64,000 nucleotides of DNA from the human T2T-CHM13v2.0 reference genome, Homo sapiens. A program made the translations under genes and the position numbers. The stretch is from the NCBI RefSeq assembly GCF_009914755.1, contig NC_060944.1; one strand, 5' to 3'. The notes below the pieces were generated by a model. That model was not told the origin of the DNA. It saw only the letters and a program-made list of their open reading frames with translations, and did not search any database. Shown in pieces: positions 1-17,145 of the stretch (positions within the stretch are counted from its first letter, which is position 1; each line of letters opens with the position of its first letter).

Positions 1-689
1 AGGCAGGGGGAAACAAACAAAAAAAAGAATAAAATAGCACTGTGTGCACAAAATGACCCAATCTGCAAAATACACAAAACCGAAAAGCAAGGGGCTAAAA
101 GGTGTGTGTAGGATGCTATTCTTTGCACGAAAGCAAGAGGACATACATGCAGGGAGATGCTTGCATGAGCACAGACAATCTCCATGACGAGCTAATAACA
201 CTGGCTCCCTTTCAGGAAGAAGGAGTAGGGAGAACTTTTCCTGTATATTCTTTTAGTAAGATTTGCATTTTTTACATTCTACACATATTGTCTATGGGAC
301 TAAATGTTTCTGCAGCTAAATTCATAAGAGTAAGCATTATTTTATTAAGCGCTTACCCGGTACAAAGTACTATTCTAGGTCCTCTGGGACCAAACATTGG
401 AACAGAATCCTTGCCTTCTCCTTCCTCACAATCTCATTGCAAAACTGGAGTGTTTGGCACAGGATAAAATAAGAACTTTGTGTTACCTGAGCCAAAAGCC
501 CATCTCATTTAACCAATTTGATTGTTACCACATTCATTCAGTCTTCACCTGCACTGAATATAACTTACACCTTTTAATACAGGACTTATTTGACTTTCAA
601 GTCAATAGATACTGAACACTTAGTAACAACAACAAGGCAAGTAATAGCAGCTTCCTTTTTGTCACTCCTCCATTCCCAAAGTGTGCCCT

Positions 690-1260
690 GAGTGTTTGCA
701 CAGTGGCCAGCCCTCGCCTAGGCACCGGGCATTCAGTAGCGAACAGGACAGACAAGGTCCTCCTCCCATGGACCTTGTAGCCTAGTGGAGGGAGACAGTA
801 AACAACTTCCAAAGAAAATAAGGCCAGGGGCCAGAGAGTGAATGAGGAAGGGGTGTGGCTCCGGGAATGGGTGGCCAGGGAGGTGAGGGGACAGTTTAGC
901 TGAGTGCCAAGAAGAAGCTGCCATGCACCCATACAAGGAAGTGCAATCCAGGCAGATGGAACTGCACAGGCAAAGATCCGGAGGTGGGAGGCAGCCTGGC
1001 ACTCGCAAAGCATGCAAAGACTGGCTGCAGCAGAAATGCACCCATCACGGGGAGAAGATAAAGGACAAGGAGGGAGGAGATGGGGGGCGGACAACACAGG
1101 GCTTTGTCACCAGGGCAAGGAGTCTAGATGTTACTCCATACACAGTGTGGATCATTTGAAGGTTATAAGCAGGAGAGTGGAATGATCTCATTTATAGTTT
1201 TAAAAGGTCCCCCAGGCCACTGGTCAGAGAAAACACTGCAGTGAGCAAGAGCTGAAGCAG
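690..1260. mobile_element. L2 LINE fragment
   Basis: Resembles the L2 3' region (gaacaggacagacaaggtcctcctcccatggaccttgtagcctagtggagggagacag). Highly diverged. Confidence 0.6.
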
Positions 1261-1799
1261 ATAATGGGTATAGGGTTTCTTTTTATGGGAATGAAATGTT
1301 CTCACATTGTAGTTACTCTTATTTTTTTTTTTGTCTTTTGTTTTTGTTTTTTTTTTCCTTTTTCTGGAGAACGGGGTCTCGCTATATTGCCCAGGCAGGT
1401 CTCGAACTCCTGGGCTCAAGCTATCCTCCTGACTCTTGCTTCCCTGAGAGCTGGGATTACAGGCGGGAGCCACCGCGCCTGGCCCTCACATTGTAGTGAT
1501 AGCTACACAACTCTACAAATACACTAAAACTTGCTGAATTGTACACTTTAAATAGGTGAATTATAAGGTATGTGAGTTATGTCTCAATGAAACTGTTATA
1601 TTAACAACAACAAAAAAAACAGAAACAGGAATTATTTATGAGGCTGGTGCCATCATCCAGGCAAGACTATAGAGCAGTCCAGACTAAGGGGGGTGGCAGT
1701 GGGGGAGTGAGGAGTAGGGTACTAGGGTACAGACTCTCGATATGTTATAGATGTAGAAATGCACAATCTCTAAAATGTCAAAAATGAAAAAGAAATGCA

Positions 1800-2010
1800 C
1801 TGTCTCATTTAATGTTCACAACAATCCTACAAGGTACTAGCACCATTCCCATTGTTACAGTGGATAAAGTGAGCCCCAGAGGACTCAGTGACCTGCCCAA
1901 AATCATCTGCTACATCCGCTCTCTCTCCTACTAAGGGGTGGAAGCAGGAATGGAGCCCAGGCCTGTCTGATCCAGACCCTGGGCTAAGAGCTCTCTGCAT
2001 CCTGCACTAC
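1800..2010. mobile_element. MIR SINE
   Basis: cccattgttacagtggataaagtgagccccagaggactcagtgacctgcccaa is the MIR core. Similar MIRs lie near 16050-16200, 29540-29720 and 60100-60310. Confidence 0.7.
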
Positions 2011-2838
2011 CATGAACAGCCTCACCTGCACAATTCTTTCACAGCAATACTTTTTTTCCCAGTCTCTCAGTTCATAAATTGGAAGCGTCTTTGGGGACCA
2101 TCAAGAGTGACTGTTCGGTCCATGCAGGAGCTCTCTTGCCCCGTACCCATTCACCTTTGAGCCACTTATCAATTTACTCCCTCTCAGTGCCAACATCACC
2201 CTTGAATACCTGCTCTGCCACAATGGACAGATTTCCTTTATGCCTCTCTCCCTTATGAATTATTTCCTTTGCTAATTACACAGATTACTAATCTACCATG
2301 TCACTCTTTGCACACGTGTGGGGCCCAATATATATACATTCAGCCTTACCAAAAGTAAGTAACCCCAGTTGGACTAAGAAGTGTATTCACAGAAAAAGAA
2401 TACAAAAGATACTACTCACAGTATTATTGCTGGGGAGTGAAAAAAGAGAATTGTTGGATGAATAAAGTCACTTGACTTGTACTTTTTGCTGTACCCACTT
2501 CTGCATATTTTAATTTCTTATGAACATGTATTACACTTTTCAATATTGATTTTAAAGATGATATTAACTAAGCAAAAAACTAAGCAGAGGTACTGTGGTC
2601 CTAAACTTTTGAACTTGTATGCTTCAAGGACTCATATTACGGGATACAAAACCAAACACCTCCACGGGACAGGCAGGTAAAATAAGTAAGCGAAAGAGCC
2701 AGGTGTGGTGGCGCAGATCTATATCCTATCTATATGCTATACTCTATATCCTAAGTATCTATAATCCCAGATTCTTAGGAGACTGAAGTGGGAGGATCAC
2801 TTGAGCCCAGGATTTCGAATCCAACTTGGGCAACATAG

Positions 2839-3096
<258 letters not shown>

Positions 3097-4200
3097 TGAT
3101 CCACCCACCCGTGACCTCCCAAAGTACCGGGATTACAGGCGCAAGCCATGGTGCCTGGCCTAAAAAATTTTTTAAAAAGTAAGCAAATTGAACTGCATAT
3201 AGATTGGGGCAAGTAGGGCAGCACAAGCTCCATCGAAAGTGTATGCCTCTCGGCCAGGCGCAGTGACTCACGCCTGTAATCCCAGTACTTTGGGAGGCCG
3301 AGGCGAGCAGATCACCTGAGGTCAGGAGTTCACGACCAGCCTTGCCAACGTGGTGAAACCCTGTCTCTACTAAAAATACAAAAGTTAGCTGGGCATGGTG
3401 GCGCATGACACACCTGTAGTCCCAGGTACTCGGGAGGATTGACGCAGGAGAATCTCTTGAACCTGGGAGGCGGAGGTTGCAGTGAGCAGAGATCACACCA
3501 CTGCACTACAGTCTGGGCGACAGAGCAAGACTCTGTTTCAAAAAAATAAATAAATAAAAAACAAAGTGTATGCCTCTCTCCTTTACAGTGCTCCAGTGTT
3601 AAGCTTTCTCAGTAGAGAATGCTGGAGGGAGGCTGGGCGCGGTGGCTCACGCCTGTAATCCCAGCACTTTGGGAGGCCAAGGCGGGTAGATCACTTGAGG
3701 TAGGAGTTCGAGACCAGCCTGGACAACACGGAGAAACCCCGCCTCCACTAAAACTACAAAAATTAACCAGGCGTGGTGGCAGGTGCCTGTAGGCCTGAGT
3801 CCCACCTATTCAGGAGGCTGAGACAAGAGAATCGCTTGAACCTGGGAGGCGGAGGTTGCAGTGAGCTGAGATCACACCACTGTACTCCACCCTGGGTGAC
3901 AGAGCAACACTCTGGAGGGACGCGTGTGAACCACCAGCTATGACTCACCAGCCCCACCTGCACTTGGAAGGTTGCCTCCCCCTTTCCCCATGGGTGCAGA
4001 CCAGTTCTGGCCCTGCAAGCCCGCCAACTTTCTTGCCATCCAACAGTCTGGACCCCATTGTCCCCAACCAGGTCTGAACCCTGGCCCCAGAGAGGGTCCC
4101 CTTCCAAGTACGTCCTTTCTTAGGTCTACTCCCTCAGTCCTAGACTGCCATAGAGTTTTCTTCTATCCTACACTCACTCTTTTTTTTTTTTTTTTTTTGA

Positions 4201-4389
<189 letters not shown>

Positions 4390-4479
4390 TAGCCAGGATG
4401 GTCTCGATCTCCTGACCTCACCTACACTCACTCTTTAATCATGGTTGTAAAAGTCAATTTCCTCCATCTTCTTTCCCAG

Positions 4480-5235
<756 letters not shown>

Positions 5236-5241
5236 CTTTTA

Positions 5242-5391
<150 letters not shown>

Positions 5392-5631
5392 TTAGGCTGG
5401 GCACAGTGGCTCACACCTGTAATCCCAGCACTTTGGGAGGCCAAGGCAGGTGGATCACCTGAGGTCGGGAGTTCAAGACCAGCCTAACCAACATGAGGAA
5501 ACCCCGTCTCTACTAAAAATACAAAATTAGATGGGCGTGGTGGCGCATGCCTGTAATTCAAACTACTTGGAAGGCTGAGGCAGGAGAATTGCTTGAACCC
5601 AGGAGACAGAGGTTGTGGTAAGCCAAGATCA

Positions 5632-5838
<207 letters not shown>

Positions 5839-6140
5839 TCAAAAAAATAAACAAATAAAAAGATTTCTGTCTGCCACACGGCTGGGCCATGTGTAAAGAC
5901 ACATTCCTGTTGGTTTTATGTGTCTTGAATTCTAATGGGTTTTGTGTTGTTGTTTTTGTTTTTTGAGACAAGGTCTCATTCTGTCACCCAGGCAGGACTG
6001 TGGTGGCACCATCATGGCTCAGCGCAGCCTCCTTTTCCCCAGGCTCAAGTGATCCTCTTGCCTCAGCCTCCCACGTGGCTGGGACTACAGGTGTGTACCA
6101 CCACTCCCGGATAATTTTTTTTATTTTTTATTTTTAGTAA

Positions 6141-6260
<120 letters not shown>

Positions 6261-6339
6261 TAATGTTTAAAGAGTACAGTCTACACCTTAAAGCCTGCAT
6301 TTTATCATCCTGTCCTCACTGCTCTGACTTCTTTACAGT

Positions 6340-6630
6340 TGTGCTGTCCACCTTGGCGGCTTCTACCACATGTGGCTATTTTAAGTTTCAATTAATTAAA
6401 ATTAAATTTTAATTTAATTAATTAAAAATAAATTTTAATTAATTAATTAAAAATAAATTTTAATTAATTAATTAAAAATAAATTTTAATTAATTAATTAA
6501 AAATTAAAAATTCCTTTTCCCTGGCCACACTGAGTGCTCCATAGCTACATGTGACCACTAACTACGGACTAGACTGTGCAGACACAGAACATTCCATCAT
6601 GGCTGAGAGTTCTACTGGGCAACACTGCTG
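6340..6630 (-). mobile_element. MER3 (hAT-Charlie) with an expanded AT core
   Basis: gtgctgtcca...ccacatgtggctatt...agaacattccatcat...agttctactgggcaacactg matches the MER3 reverse complement. Confidence 0.75.
6390..6512. repeat. Pure-AT minisatellite, 25-bp unit attaaaaataaattttaattaatta (3 perfect copies plus partials)
   Basis: 123 consecutive A/T bases. Perfect units start at 6421, 6446 and 6471. Confidence 0.95.
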
Positions 6631-6899
6631 GAGAGCATCCCTTTCAAGACACCTCCTTCCACCTTACTCTTGAACTGATGTCAATGGCAAAGGAAGCACA
6701 CACGAACATTAGTAAGTGGAGCTCACAGGCCAGGCGCGGTGGCTCACGCCTGTAATCCCAGTACTTTGGGAGGCCGAGGCAGGCGGATCACGAGGTCAGG
6801 GGATCGAGACCATCTGACCAACATGGAGAAACCCCATCTCTACTAAAAATACAAAATTAGCCAGGCGTGGTGGCGCATGCCTGTAATCTCAGCTACTCA

Positions 6900-7004
<105 letters not shown>

Positions 7005-7178
7005 TCAAAAAATAAAAATAAAAATAAAAAAGGAAGTGGACCTCACAATGGAGGGAAACTCGCCTGAACAGAGTTTCCCAAACTTCAGCCATTTTCATAC
7101 ACACATGGGATTTCTATGATCTCCAAATACCTCTAGCTTCTACCTACACAATTTTGTCTAAATTTGATCACCTTACAT

Positions 7179-7394
7179 CAGTGGTTCTCAACTACAGGCA
7201 ATTTTGCACCCCCAGGGTGGGTATCTGGCAATATCTGGAAACACTGTTGTCTGTCACAACTCCAAGATGCTACTCTCATCTAGTGGATGGAGGCAGCCAA
7301 GGATGCTGCGAGACACCTTACAATGCACAGACAACCTCCACAACAGAGAAGTATCCAGCCCAAAACGCCACTTGTGCCCAGTTGAGAACTCCTG
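7179..7394 (+). mobile_element. MER20 (hAT-Charlie)
   Basis: cagtggttctcaac...attttgcacccccaggg...ggcaatatctggaaaca...ttgagaactcctg. Confidence 0.85.
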
Positions 7395-7834
7395 CTCTAG
7401 GTTTTATATATAAACTATTTGTTTAAAATGGATTCACTCCATTTACATAAATGTATTTTAAATGATAGCCTCTGGCCAGGCATGGCTCACACCTGTCATC
7501 CCAACACTTTGAGAGGCCGAGGCAGGAAAACAGCTTGAGTTCAGGAGTTGGAGACCAGCCCGAGCAACACGGTGAGACCTCATCTCTACTAAAATTCAAA
7601 AATAATTAGCCAGGCATGGTGGACATGCCTATAGTCTCAGCTACTTGGGGGGCTAAGGACGAAGGATTGCTTGAGCCCGGGAAGTCGAGGCTGCAGTGAG
7701 CCCTGATCATGCCACTGTACTGCAGTCTAGGGGACAGAGCAAAACACTGTCTCAAAAAAAAAAAAAAAAGATAACTTCATGCCATTACCATAACTAGAAA
7801 CCAGTATCACTTGCCATAAACAGAAGATAAATAA

Positions 7835-8180
<346 letters not shown>

Positions 8181-8725
8181 TGATCCAGCCGCCTCGGCCT
8201 CCCAAAGTGCTGGGATTAGAGGCATGAGCCGCCGCACCTGGCCCCTCCTTTCTTTATTGCTGAGAAGTTAGCAAGTGTTTGGTGTTAAAAAGTAGGCCCT
8301 GACAGGGCTGTAAATACTGAAGGGAAACTGAAAAATAAATAAGCGTCTTGCTAAATGTCTCAATGTGAGTCAGTTCCTGCCCATGAATTCCTTAAATTTA
8401 TCACTGCAGCACCCAGAACCATTGCCTGCCCAGCATTTTGGAACTGTTGTCCCACGGTAGAAACCTTGAGCTTGGTGGCAAACTTACTACAAGTGACCAA
8501 ATTCCCCCACATCTGTCCAAACAAGAGAAGTGACAGCCAGCCTCCCTACTGAGGAGTGGATTTATACATGCAGCTCTCTTCCTGGGGAAGCTGCAGCCAC
8601 ACCCTGCGTGTTGCATGCATGGACTTCAGCTCCCTGGTGCCCCAGGGTTCCAGAGGAGCAGTGGCCCAAAGCTGTGTTGTGGCAGCTGTCACGTTGGTGT
8701 TGTGGGTGCTGCTGTTGTTCCTTAA

Positions 8726-9069
<344 letters not shown>

Positions 9070-9570
9070 TGATTCGCCCGCCTCAGCCTCCCAAAGTGCT
9101 GGGATTATAGGCATGAGCCACCGCGCCCAGCCCAAATCCTTTAAGAGTAAGAAATTAGGCCGGGCACGGTGGCTCACGCCTATAATCCCAGCACTTTGGG
9201 AGGCTGAGGCGGGCGGATCACGAGGTCAAGAGATCGAGACCATCCTGGCCAACATGGTGAAACCCTGTCTCTACTAAAAATACAAAAATTAGCTGGATGC
9301 AGTGGCAAACACCTGTAGTCCCAGCTACTCAGGAAGCTGAAACAGGAGAATCGCTTGAACCCTGGAGGTGGAGGTTGCAGTAAGCCGAGATTCTGGCACT
9401 GCACTCCAGCCTTGGTGACAGAGTAAGACTCCATCTCAAAAAAAAAAAAGTTATTTTTCCAGATGAAAAAGGAAAATATGAAATAACTTTCTCACCCATT
9501 GTTAACAGCCATTCAACTAGGTTAAAGTGTAAGTTTATAAATAACTTCGTTTACACTGCTTCCTGCTTAG

Positions 9571-9720
<150 letters not shown>

Positions 9721-10487
9721 TGAGTAGCTGGGACTACAGGCCTGCACCACCACAGCCGGCTAATTTTTGTATTTTTAGTAGAGATGGGGTTTCACCATGT
9801 TGGCCAGGCTAGTTTCAAACGCCTGACCTCAGGTGATACACCTGCCTCAGTCTTCCAAAGTGGATTACAAGCATGAGCCACCGCGCCCAGCCTAGACCAT
9901 TTATATAAAGGAAAACCAAAATTGATTTTCTTAGGATTTGACTTTAAGACAAATAAAGGTTTTAACAGCAGATAGTCTGCTAACCAGATGTGCAATGGTT
10001 TCATACAATCTGGCTGAAATGCAAAAGCAAATATTAGAGGAGCAGAGCCAAGGGAACAATGTTTCTGAAAAAGGTAACTAATGTAACAAGGAGTTGGCCT
10101 CCACAGAAACCATCATCTCTGCTGGGAGTTCCCCTATAATCAGTTAGCACTGCGCAAATATTTGCTGAATTGTCTGCATGACACACCAACCTTCCAGGAA
10201 GTTACAGGGTCCAGGAAAGAACAGTCTCAGCATTGACGCTGGGCAGATCCAAGAAGAACATGAAGAAAAATTAAAAGTAGCCAGATATGGTGGCTCATGC
10301 CTGTAATCCCAGTACTTTGGGAGGCCGAGGCGGGAGAATCACTTGAGGTCAGGAGTTCGAGACCAGCCTGGCCAACATGACGAAACCTTGTCTCTACTAA
10401 AAATATAAAAATTAGCTGGGCATGGGCCGGGTGCAGTGGCTGACTCCTGTAATCCCAGCACTTTGGGAGGCCAAGGCGGGTGGATCA

Positions 10488-10694
<207 letters not shown>

Positions 10695-10907
10695 CTAAAA
10701 AAAAAAAAAAAAAAAATTAGCTGGGCATGGTGGCGGGTGCCTGTAGTCCCAGCTATTGGGGAGACTGAGGCAGGAGAATCGCTTGAACCCAGGAGGAAGA
10801 AGTTATAGTGAGCCAATATTCTGCCACTGCACTCCAGCCAGAGTGAGATTCTGTCTCAAAAAAAAAAAAAGGAAAAAAATTAAAAGCCGTTATGAATTAG
10901 TCAACAG

Positions 10908-11131
10908 CAGTGGTTCTCAATAGCAGGGCGGGGGGATTTTGCCCCCTGCAGACATTTGGCAATGTCTAGGGATGTGTTTGATTGTCACTACTACAGGGAA
11001 GTAGGGCACTACTGGCACGTAGTGGGTAGAAGCCAGGGATACTGCTAAACATCCTACAATGCCCAGGAGACCCCCCACCAGAGAGTGTAATCTGGCCCCA
11101 AATGTCAATAGTCCTGCGGTGGAGAGCCCTG
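10908..11131 (+). mobile_element. MER20
   Basis: cagtggttctcaa...gacatttggcaatgtctag...gctaaacatcctacaatgc...ggagagccctg. Confidence 0.88.
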
Positions 11132-11138
11132 CTCTGGA

Positions 11139-11818
11139 GCAGCTCTGCCCACTAGGCTTCTGTGATGATGGAATCATTCTATACTGCACCATCATCCAGC
11201 ACAGTAGCCAGCAGCCACATGTGGCTGCTGAGTACCCAAAATGTGACATTTAAAGTTTATTTCAATACCCAAAGGAATATACATCATTCTACCATAAAGA
11301 CACACGCACACAAATGTTCACTACAGCACTATTCACAAAGCAAAGACATGGAATCAACCTAAATGCCCATCAAAGACAGACTGGATAAAGAAAATGTAGT
11401 ACATATGCACATGGAATACTACGCAGCCATAAAAAAGAACAAGATTGTGTCTTTTGCAGGACATGGATTGAGCTGGAGGCTATTATCCTCAGCACATTAA
11501 CACAGGAAAAGAAAGCCAAATACCACGTGTTCTCACTTATAAGTAGGAGCTAAGTGATAAGAACTTACAGGCACAAAGAAGGGAAGAAGAGACACTGGGG
11601 GTCTATCTGCAGGTAGAGGGTGGGAGGAGGGAGAAGAGCAGAAAAGATAACTGTTGGGCACTGGGCTTAATACCTGGGTACAGCAAACCCCGGTGACATG
11701 AGTTTACTGATGTAACCTCAGGTACGTAGCCCTGAACCTAAAATAAAAGTTTTTAAAATTTTTTATTTCATTCACTTAACTGATTGAAATAGCCACGTGG
11801 TACCATTATGGACAGCAG
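11139..11818 (+). mobile_element. MER3 interrupted by a 5'-truncated L1
   Basis: MER3 halves at 11139-11264 and 11762-11818 flank the L1. Confidence 0.7.
11265..11761 (+). mobile_element. 5'-truncated older L1PA 3' end
   Basis: ORF2 end and 3'UTR hallmarks (gcactattcaca...caacctaaatgcccatc...gttctcacttataagt...cctaaaataaaagt). Apparent TSD tttatttca at 11256-11264 and 11762-11770. Confidence 0.85.
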
Positions 11819-12108
11819 TTGTTAAGAGGGCAGTTAGGAGTGGAAGGAGGCTGGGCACGGTGGCTCACGCCTGTAATCCCAGAACTTTGGGAAGCCGAGG
11901 CAGGCGGATCACCTGAGGTCAGGAGTTCAGGACCAGCCTGGCCAACATAGCTAAACGCTGTCTCTACTACAAACACAAAAATCAGTCAGGGCTGGGCACA
12001 GTGGCTCACACCTGTAATCCCAACACTTTGGGAGGCCAAGACAGGCAGATCACGAGGTCAGGAGATTGAAACCATCCTAGCTAACACAGTGAAACCTCGT
12101 CTCTACTA

Positions 12109-12288
<180 letters not shown>

Positions 12289-14341
12289 TCAATCAGGTGT
12301 GGTGGCGCACGCCCGTAATCCCAGCTACTCCAGAGGCTGAGGCAGGAGAATGGCTTGAACCCAGGAGGCGGAGGTTGCAGTGAGCCGAGGTAGTGCCCAT
12401 TGCACTCCAGCCTGGGCAACAGAGCGAGACTCCGTCTCAAAAAAAAGAGAAAAAAAAAAGGAGTGGAAGGAAAGGTATGAAGGGAAACTTTTGCTCTTCC
12501 TTCTAAATACATCTAAGGTCTGGGTTTTTCGTTTTTTTTTTTTTTTTTTCCTGTTTAACTAGGAGAATACAAAACCTAAGTCAGGAAGGATGCAAAGAAA
12601 GAAGCGAAGTCTGAAGTCTGAACACATCCCTGCCACAGAAATGCTACTGTCTGGAGGAGAAATGGGAATATATCAATCACCTCATGAGAAAAGCCAAGTC
12701 AATGTGGCAGCTTCTCTTTAAATGTAAAGCTCAGGTCCTCTGACCCAGCAAGTCCTGCCAGAGGGAGGTAGGGAGCGATCTCTGGTCCTATGGGAGATGC
12801 ACGAGGATGTTCACAGCGGCAATAGACAGGGCAACACCCCGGAAATGACAAAGGCACCCCCTGTGCAATGGATTTGTACCAATTGCAAGAAGGAAGTAGA
12901 GACATATACACTCCAGGGAAAGATCCAGGTGGTTAAATGGGAAGAAAAAAAGAAGGCAAGAAACATGTAATTTATTATTTTGTATTTTAATACCAAAATA
13001 TGTGTTAATATAAGCCTAGGAAAAAGCACTGAGGAACAAACACCTCCTCTGCCCCATGACTGTTACCACAGGTGCTTCCAGCAGATGGGCAGTCAGGGAT
13101 GCTGGGACTGTCGCCTTTCCCTGTTTCTCCATCTCTGAGTCTTCCCTGTGGGTATTCTGCTGCTCAGCAGACCTGACTCCTCTTATAGAAGTATGACTCG
13201 TGTGTCGACCCACTCCCACAAAGATCCTACAGCTATCAGACTCAAGTCCAAGGCTCTCACCTTCTCACCTTTTCATCTCTGCTGTCCCTTTACCAAGCCA
13301 CCCTCCTGCAGCCAAGGCAGGCATGCCCCGGAACCCTATGCTCTCATCTTTCCCCACCATTCCATTTCTATCAAACTACCCAACATGTCTGTAAGACCCA
13401 CTCACACCAGACATCCTCCTGCAAGCCTGTCCCTTTGTCTTCTATCTATCCTTCCAAACCCAACTCTGTGCTCTTCACAAGGAGAGGAGGAAGCAGTTCT
13501 GGGCTCTCTTAGACTCTACTGGTCTGTTTCTCTCTAGACCAGGACTGGCAAACTCAAACCTACAGGGGCCCAGCAAGCCACATAAAAAAATACATAGGCC
13601 AGGTGCAGTGGCTCACGCCTGTAATCCCAACACTTTGAAAGGCTGAGGCAGGAAGATCACTTACAGCCAAAAGTGTGAGACCGGCTTGGGTTACATAGTG
13701 AGATCCCATCTCTATTTATTTTTTAAAAATGGAAGAAGAAGAAAAGAAGAAAGAAGGAGGTGGAGAAGGAAAGAAAGAAGAGAGGAGGGAGGAGGAGAAA
13801 AAACAATGAATGAAAATAAACACAGGGTCCAGTGGGATGGGGCACACCGCCAGTCCAGTTCCTACACAAGCCTAGACCATCTGATTCTGCAAGACAAAGA
13901 CATTCTGTAAGCAAATATTCAGTTATAAAATGTTGGCAACTGATTCAATTTTTAAATATTATACAAAACTAAAACCACACCAAGATATCTTTTTTTTACG
14001 ACCAAAGTCAAAAATCTTAATAATGGCAAGGATGGACAAATAGGCGCTGTCACTGCCAGCAAGGATCCAAGATGGCATCACCTCAGGGAGGACATTTTGA
14101 CGATGCTATCAAAATTACAAATGTACCTTCACTTCAGCCATTCCCCTTCCAGATATTCCGTGCAGTCTAACATGGGCACAAAGACTTGTGTGACATTTCT
14201 AGTAATAGTAAACCATTAGAAAAAATAAATATAACTGACCAAGCTCAGTGGCTCACGCCTATAATCCCAGCACTTTGGAGGCCCAGGTTCACTTGAGGCC
14301 AAGAGATCAAGACCAGCCTGGGTGACAGCGCCTCTAAAGAT

Positions 14342-14342
<1 letters not shown>

Positions 14343-14406
<64 letters not shown>
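14343..14406 (+). repeat. Compound STR (AGAT)8(AGAC)8
   Basis: Counted directly. Confidence 0.97.
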
Positions 14407-14409
<3 letters not shown>

Positions 14410-14664
14410 TAAAATGGAAAAATAATCTAAATGACCATCAGTGGTAGACTGGCTAAACAAACTACAGTACTATTCAATTTAATACTACAAAGGCATTAAA
14501 ATAATGATCAAAGGCCAGGTACAATGGTGTGTGCCTGTAGTCCCAGCTATTTGGGACGCTGAGGCAGGAGAATCACTTGAACCCAGGAGTTTGAGACAGC
14601 CTAGGCAACACAGCCCCCACATCTCAAATAAGTAAATAAATAAATAATTTCAAAAAGGGAATGA

Positions 14665-15010
<346 letters not shown>

Positions 15011-16860
15011 TGAACAATACATGTACTGTGTAGGGTATATTAATAATAGAATAAAAACAAAAAATCTATGTCTATTTATCTATATAAAGATGCATGGTTT
15101 TTTTGATAAATGCTTAAAAATTTCTAGAACAATACAGAAGAACATGGTAAGACTGGCTGCCTGGGGAAGGGTACAGGGTAGCTGACTAGAGAGAGTGGGA
15201 GGGAAACTGACTTTGCAATGGCTACACCTCTGTAGCTTTTAAGTATTAAACCATGTGACTCTGACTCAGTACACTTTTTTCTAATCTAAAAATAAAATAG
15301 GCCGGGTGCAGTGGCTCATCCTGTAATCCCAGCACTTTGGGAGATAGGCAGATGGCCTGAGCTCAGGAGTTTGAGACCAGCCTGGGCAACATGGTGAAAC
15401 CCTGTCTCTACTTAAAAAAAGAAAAAAAGTCCAATAAAATTAGCTGGGTATAGTGGTGGGCACCTGTAATCCCAGCTACTTGGGAGGCTGAGGCGGGAGA
15501 ATTGCTTCAACCCGGGAGGCGGAGGTTGCGGTGAGCCGAGATCGCACCACTTGCACTCCAGCCTGGGTGACAAAGCAAGACTCCGTCTCCAAAATAAATA
15601 AAAATAATAATAAAATAATAAAGCTCACCCCGCTGCCCAAACAGCACACAGCTCTGTCTGCAGCCTCTGATCTTGCCATGAGCTTGTAGGTCAGAGAGCA
15701 GACACCATTCACCTCCCCCAGGCCTGGCACACAAACGTGCTCCGTCACTAAGCGTGGGCTGATGACTCATTCTCCTGGGCCCTTTCACATGCCCCAGTGC
15801 CCAGCACTCCTCCCTCACCTCATGCATTTGTGTTTACCCAAGACACTCGGTCATAGGTTCTAACACAGACCTAGGCCACAGAGCCTGGCTGGCAACCCCA
15901 CACAGCATGAGCCCAAAAAATTCCAGAAAACAGGACAGAATCCAGTGGAAGGCAATTTCCTAGACACCAAAACAATAAGCAAAAACATGAGTAAGTGCTG
16001 AGTGTGTGCCAAGCGCTGTGGCAAAGCCCTCAACGCGAATGACTTGCCTTGCTCCTCCCGACTGTCCTACATCAAGGGCTTCTATCCTCGCCCTCTTGTA
16101 GATGAGGACACTGCACCTCAGAGGGTCTTGCAGCCCATAAGGGACAGAGCCAGGATGTGAGTCCAGCAGGCTGACCCCGGAGCCAGCCCTCTTAGCTGGA
16201 GTCTGGCAATCTCATCTCGTTGTAGAATCTGAGAGCCACCTCTCAATTGTCTAGATGGCAACCTAGGGAGGAATCCAAATGGCAGGAACCCAGCAGAGAC
16301 ACACCAAGGGTCCCCACTGGCACTGCCAAGCCCACCTGCCTCCTCCCTCCAAGCCTGCTATGGCAGCTGGCACTGCTATGGGAGCGTCCATGAGCAACAC
16401 ACATTGGGGTCTAAGAGCTCTACGTCCAACAAGAGGCAGGAGGCTGGACGTGGCTCCTTCCTTGCAGCCATGGGTCACGCGGATAAAGAAGGGAAGGAAG
16501 AAGGGAGGGGCATCAGGAAGGAAGAATTCCCTTTTTCTCTGCAGATGAGGATTCCATTGTTTATCCTCCTTCTGGCTCCAGTGCTCAACATGTACCCTCA
16601 CTGAAGCCCATTGTGGGCCCTGCCACCACTTATACCCCCAATGAATTAGGAATGCAAAACTCTTGAGATTTTTTAACGTTTCTGGGTTTTTTTTGTTTTT
16701 TTTTTTTTTTTTTGAGACAGCGTCACACTCCATCCCATGCTGGAGTGCAGTGACGCGATCATGGCTCACTGCAGCCTCAAACCCCTGGACTCAAGGGATC
16801 CTCCCACTTCAGCCTCCCAAGTAACTGAGACCACAAACATGCAATACCATGCCCAGCTAA

Positions 16861-17145
<285 letters not shown>

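Noticed and set aside
6390-6512. CRISPR-like or SALL4-site array interpretation of the 25-bp repeat
   Set aside because: There are no unique spacers, the context is eukaryotic, and the unit lacks the ATATT motif.
13728-13805. Purine-rich GAA/GGA tract as a triplex element
   Set aside because: Short, degenerate and without clear mirror symmetry. It looks like ordinary Alu-adjacent low complexity.
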